Origin: an uncultured Planctomycetota bacterium
Lineage (GTDB): Bacteria; Planctomycetota; CAYMFW01
DNA: 22,138 bases
Assembly: GCA_964389785.1 (NCBI GenBank)
Contig: CAYMFW010000070.1
Location: 1-22,138, forward strand
Direction: 5' to 3'
Within the stretch, counting starts at the first letter, position 1; every line of letters starts with the position of its first letter. Of the stretch, positions 16,652 to 22,138 are shown piece after piece. The notes beneath the pieces were generated by a model. It was not told where the DNA came from, did no database searches, and worked only from the letters and a program-made list of their open reading frames with translations. The translations under genes and the position numbers were made by a program.

Positions 16652-18181
16652 CTACCAGGCTCGGTACCAGATGGACTCGTAATCAGGGCCTTCCTCCGTC
16701 CTCTGCTCGATCATGCGGACCGCGTCATCGACGGACGATTGCAGGGTCCGGTTCGCGATGCCGATCTGCTTGATGGCCTCGATGTCCTCGATGCTTCCGA
16801 CACGTCCCATCGCGCGCAGTGCCCTTTTCTGGACGAGAGCGGTCCCGCCCGCGCTCGCGAGCTGATGAAGCAGCGGGATCGCCCGGGAGGACGCGACCTG
16901 CCGGGCCGGAGATTCCGGGTGATTGTTCGCGATGGAAGCGATGGCCATGGCGATGTCTATCCTTCGCTCATCGTCCTGCGCGGCCTGCAGCGCCTCGCTC
17001 AATCCGGCGGCGGCTTCCGGTTTCCCGTACTGTGACATCGCGTATACCGCGCTCTGCCGGAGCCCGTCGTTTCCCTTCTCGCCCTTGACGATGTCCACCA
17101 GGGCCTGATTTGCGTCGTCGTTGCCGATGGCGCTGAGCGCGGTGAGGGCCATCCATGCGTTCGTCCGGTTGCCCCCTTCGCCGTCCAGTACCCCCTTCAG
17201 GTGAGGCACCGCGTTCGTCAGCTGGGTCGTCAGGTCGGCGTCGCCCACGCGGGCGTTTATCTGCGCGATGGTTGTGGCGGCGAGAATGAATTCAGAGTCA
17301 TTTCCCGGATTGCGCAGGGCGGGAAGCACCTGGTAGGCCGAGTCGATGGAACCGTTCTTTCCAAGCGTGCGGGAGGCGGACATCTTGGCCCACTGATCAC
17401 GCTCGCCGGTCATGATATCCGCCAGGATGCCGTGAGCGGACTCGGTGCCGACCGTGCCCAGCGCGTTTATGACGGCCCACGTGTTCCTCCGGTCCGCCGC
17501 ATCGAGCAGCTCTCCGAGCACGGCGGCCGCGGCGTCGTTCCTCATCTCGCCCAGCGAGCTGATGGCTTCGCGTTTCAGGCTGCCGTCGCCGTTGCCGCGT
17601 GCCACCGCTTCCAGCATCGGTATCACCTGTTCGTTCAGCGTGCTGGTGAGGTCCGGATCCTGCAGCCCGGCGTTGATGGATCCGAGCACGCCGGCGGCGA
17701 TGATCTTCGTGGTGTCCGAGCCGTCGCCGTTGAGCATGTTCAGCAGGTCGGGGACGGTTTCCCGGCCCTTCTTCCTTATCTCCTCGATGCTCTTTCGCAG
17801 CTCTCGCCGGTTGTCGCTGGTGCGTGACTCGTGGTACTGCGCGAGCTTCTGAATGGCGGAGAGCGTGTCGGTCTTCGCGACGGGTTCGCCGGGGGCCGCC
17901 CCCGACTTTTCTTCAGCTATCGCCCGCTCCCTGGCGGCGAGCAGCTCCGCTTCCAGGAGCGCGGCCGGGTCGAGCGGCATCCCGTCCTCGTCCACCAGTC
18001 CGAACTCGGAAGAGGGGCTGGGAGACGGGCCCGTTTCGTACGGTTCCTCCTGAGGGGCGGCTGCGCCGCTGTCCGCGGCCGGAGGCGAGACGGCGTCCCG
18101 TGGACCGAGGTAGTGCATGCCAAGGACGCACACGATCGTCACAAGGACGCCTGCGACTATTCCCAGAACGATATTCTTCAT
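16652..18181 (-). CDS. Membrane-anchored HEAT/PBS-lyase-type repeat protein
   Basis: N-terminal TM segment (IVLGIVAGVLVTIVCVLGM). A Pro/Ala-rich linker. About 10 tandem repeats of roughly 30 aa built on a ...R..A..ALG.IG...A...L pattern, typical of HEAT_2/PBS-lyase repeats. Confidence 0.75.
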   Translation of the reverse strand: MKNIVLGIVAGVLVTIVCVLGMHYLGPRDAVSPPAADSGAAAPQEEPYETGPSPSPSSEFGLVDEDGMPLDPAALLEAELLAARERAIAEEKSGAAPGEPVAKTDTLSAIQKLAQYHESRTSDNRRELRKSIEEIRKKGRETVPDLLNMLNGDGSDTTKIIAAGVLGSINAGLQDPDLTSTLNEQVIPMLEAVARGNGDGSLKREAISSLGEMRNDAAAAVLGELLDAADRRNTWAVINALGTVGTESAHGILADIMTGERDQWAKMSASRTLGKNGSIDSAYQVLPALRNPGNDSEFILAATTIAQINARVGDADLTTQLTNAVPHLKGVLDGEGGNRTNAWMALTALSAIGNDDANQALVDIVKGEKGNDGLRQSAVYAMSQYGKPEAAAGLSEALQAAQDDERRIDIAMAIASIANNHPESPARQVASSRAIPLLHQLASAGGTALVQKRALRAMGRVGSIEDIEAIKQIGIANRTLQSSVDDAVRMIEQRTEEGPDYESIWYRAW

Positions 18182-18289
18182 GTAATTGCTTTTCTTTCGG
18201 GGACAGGTACCGCTTCTCCTCGCGTTGCCTCTTCGGCAAGCTCAGGGACTTCGTCTCGGAGACTTCCGGTACCTGTCTCCCTTTTCCAT

Positions 18290-18317
18290 ATTATATACGC
18301 TTCGGGGCGGTTGTCGT
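18290..18317 (-). promoter_or_regulatory. Sigma-70-type promoter candidate for the HEAT/kinase operon (minus strand), ACGACA-N16-TATAAT
   Basis: The reverse complement reads gtaACGACAaccgccccgaagcgtaTATAATatgg. It sits in the only AT-rich patch of this intergenic region. The transcript would begin about 100 nt before the ATG at 18181. Confidence 0.4.
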
Positions 18318-18697
18318 TACTTCTCTCTGACTTCCGTCACCAGCTTGTATTCTCCCTCATTCCAGTCCGCCAGATTGGAGAGGAATTTCGCGGCCTCCGG
18401 GATGCACGGAGCGATGGTGAATATGCGGGCGGGCCTTCGCCTGTCAAGGTTCTTTTCGGTGGTTCGCTTGACGATCTCCTTCGGAATCAGTATTCCTTCC
18501 GTCGGCATGCCGTCGGTCAGGAAGAAGATGGTCTCCACGTCGTGCTGGTCAAGGGCGGCGGAGAGAGCGAGGGATATGTTGGTGTTCCCTGCCTCGGAGG
18601 CGCCCAATTCCGTAACGGGCGCCGAGAATGAGCGAAGCGACCTCACTCCCTCGCTTACAGCCCGCAGTCGGCCTTCAGCCTCTTCCAGTCCACGCAC
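18317..18697 (-). pseudogene. von Willebrand factor A (VWA) domain C-terminal fragment, possible gene remnant
   Basis: The translation GNTNISLALSAALDQ...ETIFFLTDGMPTEG...ARIFTIAPCIPEAAKFLSNLADWNEGEY matches the middle and C-terminal VWA pattern (G.TN...AL; vilLTDG.p..G; I.tIg.G). The N-terminal DxSxS MIDAS part is absent. The frame overlaps the 3' end of the DRTGG gene, and the only available starts (GTG) lack a good SD. Confidence 0.3.
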
Positions 18698-19719
18698 GTG
18701 CCGAATATCTCCTTCACCCGTTCTATCTTCCTCGGCGACTGGAGGGAAAGACGGCCCATCAGCTCTTCACATCTCTCCACCGCCTCCCCGGTATCGTAAT
18801 GGACCACGATGATCGGGACGCCGGCCTCCTCCGCCCGGGTGATTATCTGCGCGTTCGGGTACATGTCCCCGGTGAGGATGAGCGCCCTGGTGGACGTTTC
18901 GAGGGCGGCGAGCTGTATATCCGCACGGTCCCCGCCGGTTATCACCGCCTTGTTCGGCTGTTTCCTGAAATGCCTGAGCGCGCTCGAAACGTTCATCGCG
19001 CCGATCATGAATCTCTCGACCAGCTCCTCCATCGTGTCATCGCACGTCAGCACGGTGCCGCCCAGCTTGCCGACCAGGTCCCCGACCGAGACGGCGCCCA
19101 GGACGGGGTCGTTCCTGATCACCCCGTAGACACTCACGCCGTTGGATTCCATGAACGGCCTGACGAGTTTCTCCGTGTAATCGAGCCTGCTTTCGGGAAT
19201 GCGGTTGAATATCACCCCCTTGAAGTTGTCTCCGAGCTGGGCCTTCATGGCAAGCAGTCTGTCCAGGGTGTGGACGGTCTCGTCGAGCTTGCACGTGAGA
19301 ACGACTCTGGCTCCGGTCACCTCTATGAGCTGCCGCTCGGTGATGCCGACGATCGGGCCGCAGCATATGCAGCTGACGCCGCCCACGATGACCACGTCCT
19401 TTCCCTTCGAGACCCTCTTGAACGCGTCGAGGATGTCCTTCGAGTTGTCCTTCGCGCCGCTCGTCAGTATCTGAGTCATCACGTTCTCGGTTATTATGAA
19501 CGGACAGACGTCCTTCATGTCGTCGTCGATGCCGAGAGTCCGGCAGAAGAACTCGGCGTCCCGGTCCACTATCGAGTAGCCTCGCCGCGCCGGGCTCGAC
19601 CCATACGGCTTGAAGTGGCCTATCTTCATGCCCTCGTCCCTGAGGGTGAGGGCGATGCCGATTGCCACAAAGTGCTTTCCGGAATAATCCGTGACGGAAC
19701 CCACGTAAAGAGGAATCAT
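18655..19719 (-). CDS. Pta N-terminal-like protein (BioD-like AAA_26 domain + DRTGG domain)
   Basis: N-terminal nucleotide-binding-like VGSVTDYSGKHFVAIGIA. C-terminal DRTGG motif AVITGGDRADIQLAALE. A 4-nt ATGA overlap with the acetyl-CoA synthetase gene indicates translational coupling. Confidence 0.75.
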   Translation of the reverse strand: MIPLYVGSVTDYSGKHFVAIGIALTLRDEGMKIGHFKPYGSSPARRGYSIVDRDAEFFCRTLGIDDDMKDVCPFIITENVMTQILTSGAKDNSKDILDAFKRVSKGKDVVIVGGVSCICCGPIVGITERQLIEVTGARVVLTCKLDETVHTLDRLLAMKAQLGDNFKGVIFNRIPESRLDYTEKLVRPFMESNGVSVYGVIRNDPVLGAVSVGDLVGKLGGTVLTCDDTMEELVERFMIGAMNVSSALRHFRKQPNKAVITGGDRADIQLAALETSTRALILTGDMYPNAQIITRAEEAGVPIIVVHYDTGEAVERCEELMGRLSLQSPRKIERVKEIFGTCVDWKRLKADCGL

Positions 19720-21815
19720 GATTTCACCTCCGCGACCGTTATCCTTACATCCAGTGCCACCGCTCCTTCCTTTCCTGGAAAGAGCATCAGCGGGTTGACA
19801 TCCATCTCGACGATTTCGGGGAAGTCCGTGACCATCTGGCTGAGCCTGAGCACGCTCTCCCGGAGCGCGTCGAGGTCAACCGGCTTCTCTCCGCGCACTC
19901 CCCGGAGCAGGGGAAAGGAGCGGATCTCTCTGATCATGGCGTCCGTCTCCCGGGAGCCGATCGGCGCGATACGGAAGGAGACGTCCTTCATCACCTCCAC
20001 GTAGACCCCGCCGAGCCCGAACATGATGAGCGGGCCGAACTGGGGATCGCGGCTGACCCCGAGGATCACCTCCCTGCCGCGTTCGATCATCTCCTGAACG
20101 GACACGCCCCATATATGCGCGTCCGGCATACGGTCTTTCGAGTTGTTGATGATCTCCCGGAAGGCCGTTCTCGCCCGCTTCGCGTCCGGTATATCCACCT
20201 TCACCGCGCCGATGTCCGACTTGTGGAGTATGTCCGGGGAGGCGATCTTCATCGCGACGGGGTAGCCGATCTCATCCGATATCGAGGCCGCCTCATCTCC
20301 TGATGTCGCGACGCTGCTCTTCGGGGTCCGGAAGCCGTAGGCGGAAACGATCTTCCTGGCCTCCGCGTCGCTTATCTCCAGCCGGCCCGAGGCGGCGGCT
20401 TCGGACAGCATGCGCTTCACCACGGCCTCGTCCGTGTGGAAGCGCTCGACGGTTTCCTTTTCCCTCTTCGCGTTCTGCGAGAACGCATGCACGGCTTCCA
20501 GCGCCCTCACCGCCCGGTCCGGGAACTCGAAATCGGGCAGCCCGTCTTCGCTCATCGCGTCGATCGCGGCGGCGACTCGGGGGCCGCCCATGAAAGACAC
20601 CGCGAACGGCTTCTCCACCCCGGCGTAGGCGTCACGAACCGCCTGCGCCACCTCGTCGGGCTTCGTGACCGCCTGGGGCGTCAGGATAGTCAGGAGCATG
20701 TCCACGTTGGGGTCCGCGGCGACCGCCCTGAGGGCGAGCCGGTACCTGTCTGCGTCGGCGTCTCCTATCACGTCCACCGGGTTGTAAAGCGCGGCGGTCT
20801 CGGGAAGGCCTTTCCGCAGCACCGCTACCGTCTCCTTCGTAAAGTCGGCCATGGTGAGCGCGGATTTCTCCACCGCGTCCGCGGCGAGAATGCCGGGTCC
20901 TCCGGCGTTCGTCACCACCGCGACGCGGCCGCCGCCGGCCCTTCGCTTCGACGCGAACACGGTGGCAAAATCAAACAGGTCCTGAATGCTCTCCGCCCGT
21001 ATGATGCCGCTCTGCGCGAAGGCGGCACGGAAGGCCTCCTCCGAACCGGCGAGCGTGCCGGTGTGGGACGAAGCGGCCCGTGCGCCGGCGGCGGTGCTGC
21101 CCGACTTCGCGATCACCACCGGCTTCTTCTTTGCGGTTTCGAACGCCGCCTCCATGAAGCGGGCGCCGTCCCTGACCCCCTCGAGATAGCCGAGGATGAC
21201 GTCGGTTCTGTCATCGTTGCCGAGGAAGGTGAGCAGGTCGACGTCGTCTACGTCGGACTTGTTGCCGAGACTGACGAACTTGGAGAAGCCGATGTGCTGG
21301 TTCTGCGACCAGTCGAGAATGGCGGTGCAGAGCGCGCCCGACTGGGAGAAAAACGCGATGTTGCCCTCTCGCGCCGTGCCCGCGGCGAAGGACGCGTTGA
21401 GCCGGCTGTGGGTGTCGATGATGCCGAGACAGTTGGGGCCGATGATTCTCATCCCGTACCCGGAGGTCTTTTCGAGAAGGGCCGATTCCAGCCGGGCCCC
21501 TTCGGGACCGCTCTCCTTGAAGCCGGCCGTGATGATGACCGCCGCGGGCACCTTCTTCGCGCCGAGGTCGTCTATCACGCTCAGGACGGCCCCGGGAGGG
21601 ACCGTGATAATCGCCAGGTCGAGTTCGCCCGGGATATCGGAGGCCGAGGGACGGCATTCGAGGCCGAGGATCTCCTCCGCCTTTGGATTGACGGGGTATA
21701 TGGCGCCTTCGAAGCCAGCGTCGATCAGGTTTTTCAGCAGGCCGTAGCCCACCTTCGTCTCGTTTCGCGAGGCGCCGATGACTGCTACCGATTCGGGAGA
21801 GAAGAACTTGTCCAT
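19716..21815 (-). CDS. Acetyl-CoA synthetase (ADP-forming), fused alpha-beta subunits (NDP-forming acyl-CoA synthetase family)
   Basis: N-terminal CoA-binding fold SPESVAVIGASRNETKVGY. Succinyl-CoA-synthetase-like ligase region with the catalytic His in SGSTAAGARAASSHTGTLAGS. C-terminal ATP-grasp region (…VAMKIASPDILHKSDIGAVKV…). Total length 699 aa. Confidence 0.9.
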   Translation of the reverse strand: MDKFFSPESVAVIGASRNETKVGYGLLKNLIDAGFEGAIYPVNPKAEEILGLECRPSASDIPGELDLAIITVPPGAVLSVIDDLGAKKVPAAVIITAGFKESGPEGARLESALLEKTSGYGMRIIGPNCLGIIDTHSRLNASFAAGTAREGNIAFFSQSGALCTAILDWSQNQHIGFSKFVSLGNKSDVDDVDLLTFLGNDDRTDVILGYLEGVRDGARFMEAAFETAKKKPVVIAKSGSTAAGARAASSHTGTLAGSEEAFRAAFAQSGIIRAESIQDLFDFATVFASKRRAGGGRVAVVTNAGGPGILAADAVEKSALTMADFTKETVAVLRKGLPETAALYNPVDVIGDADADRYRLALRAVAADPNVDMLLTILTPQAVTKPDEVAQAVRDAYAGVEKPFAVSFMGGPRVAAAIDAMSEDGLPDFEFPDRAVRALEAVHAFSQNAKREKETVERFHTDEAVVKRMLSEAAASGRLEISDAEARKIVSAYGFRTPKSSVATSGDEAASISDEIGYPVAMKIASPDILHKSDIGAVKVDIPDAKRARTAFREIINNSKDRMPDAHIWGVSVQEMIERGREVILGVSRDPQFGPLIMFGLGGVYVEVMKDVSFRIAPIGSRETDAMIREIRSFPLLRGVRGEKPVDLDALRESVLRLSQMVTDFPEIVEMDVNPLMLFPGKEGAVALDVRITVAEVKS

Positions 21816-21820
21816 ATCGA

Positions 21821-21853
21821 CCGCATACTACCGCTGGAGGACTCCTCCCGCAA
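21821..21853 (-). promoter_or_regulatory. Weak sigma-70-type promoter candidate for the ACS/DRTGG operon, TTGCGG-N17-TAGTAT, ending about 9 nt before the ATG
   Basis: The reverse complement reads cgCTTGCGGgaggagtcctccagcggTAGTATgcggtcgatATG. There is no SD before the ATG, which fits a very short or absent leader. Confidence 0.25.
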
Positions 21854-22114
21854 GCGGTGAAGAGACGCGGGCAGCGAGTTCTCTCGCTCATTCTCGGCGC
21901 CCGTTTCGGAATTGGGCGCCTCCCCCTCGACGGGGCTCGGGGGCCCTGAGCTTGCCGAAGGGCGAGGCAAGGTTCGACCGGCCAGGGAAAGGTCCGCCTA
22001 TCGGCGGACAGCCGGCCGAACCTAGCACTACAACGTGTAAAGCGCATGTGTGAATAGATCCGATAACTCCTTCAGGAAGAGTCGGTTGAAGACGGGACCT
22101 GAAGGAGGGTGAGC

Positions 22115-22138
22115 ATGGAGATAGCAGATCTGAAGAAG
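22115..22138 (+). CDS. 5' end of an unidentified gene (MEIADLKK…), truncated by the window edge
   Basis: ATG preceded by a strong SD, GAAGGAGGGTGAGC. Only 8 codons are visible. Confidence 0.45.

Noticed and set aside
17824-21860. Plus-strand ORFs 17831..18631, 18186..18812, 18628..20004 and 20436..21860, and minus-strand 21211..22047
   Set aside because: Antisense or out of frame to the HEAT, DRTGG and ACS genes, or lying in the structured intergenic region. Low-complexity Arg/Gly/Pro translations.
1-22138. CRISPR arrays, tRNA or rRNA genes, IS elements or integrases
   Set aside because: No tandem spaced repeats. No tRNA-like cloverleaf candidates in the intergenic regions. No transposase or integrase motifs in any frame.

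Overview
This is a high-GC (about 63-65%) bacterial chromosomal segment with canonical AGGAGG-type ribosome-binding sites. The gene content suggests an anaerobe: ferredoxin, ADP-forming acetyl-CoA synthetase, nitroreductase and URO-D-family proteins. I could not place the taxon beyond that.

Genes I called, in order:
- a 3' fragment of an unknown gene
- nitroreductase
- RecQ helicase with Zn-binding and HRDC regions
- a possible small Cys/His-rich ORF, then a 2x[4Fe-4S] ferredoxin (minus strand)
- an FkbM-family methyltransferase followed by a URO-D/MtaA-family protein, with a second URO-D-family gene convergent to it
- an MsbA-like ABC exporter
- YceH/DUF480
- a minus-strand cluster: a 664-aa SPFH/flotillin-like protein followed by 2-3 small membrane proteins
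- a sigma-54-dependent NtrC-type response regulator (bEBP)
- a minus-strand operon: membrane-anchored HEAT-repeat protein, a 134-aa unknown protein, and a hybrid histidine kinase with a V4R-like N-terminal domain, PAS, HisKA, HATPase and REC
- a VWA-domain C-terminal fragment, a DRTGG/Pta-N-like protein, and a fused alpha/beta ADP-forming acetyl-CoA synthetase
- the first codons of a plus-strand gene at the window edge

Non-coding signals I would look at again:
- a near-consensus sigma-54 promoter (TGGCAC-N5-TTGC) in front of the flotillin operon, divergent from the bEBP gene
- near-identical sigma-70 promoters (TTGCA[A/C]-N16-TATAATGTTCGA) in front of the FkbM/URO-D operon and the second URO-D gene
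- a long nested inverted repeat in the HEAT/kinase operon leader
- a roughly 23-nt motif shared between two distant intergenic regions
- a highly structured 300-nt leader whose last hairpin pairs CTCCTTCAGG with the Shine-Dalgarno of the downstream gene

The many long ORFs antisense or out of frame to these genes are high-GC shadow ORFs; I rejected them. Coordinates of short motifs are read by eye and may be off by 1-2 nt. There is one local discrepancy between my reading and the ORF track near 2760-2800, so ORF-track coordinates were trusted.
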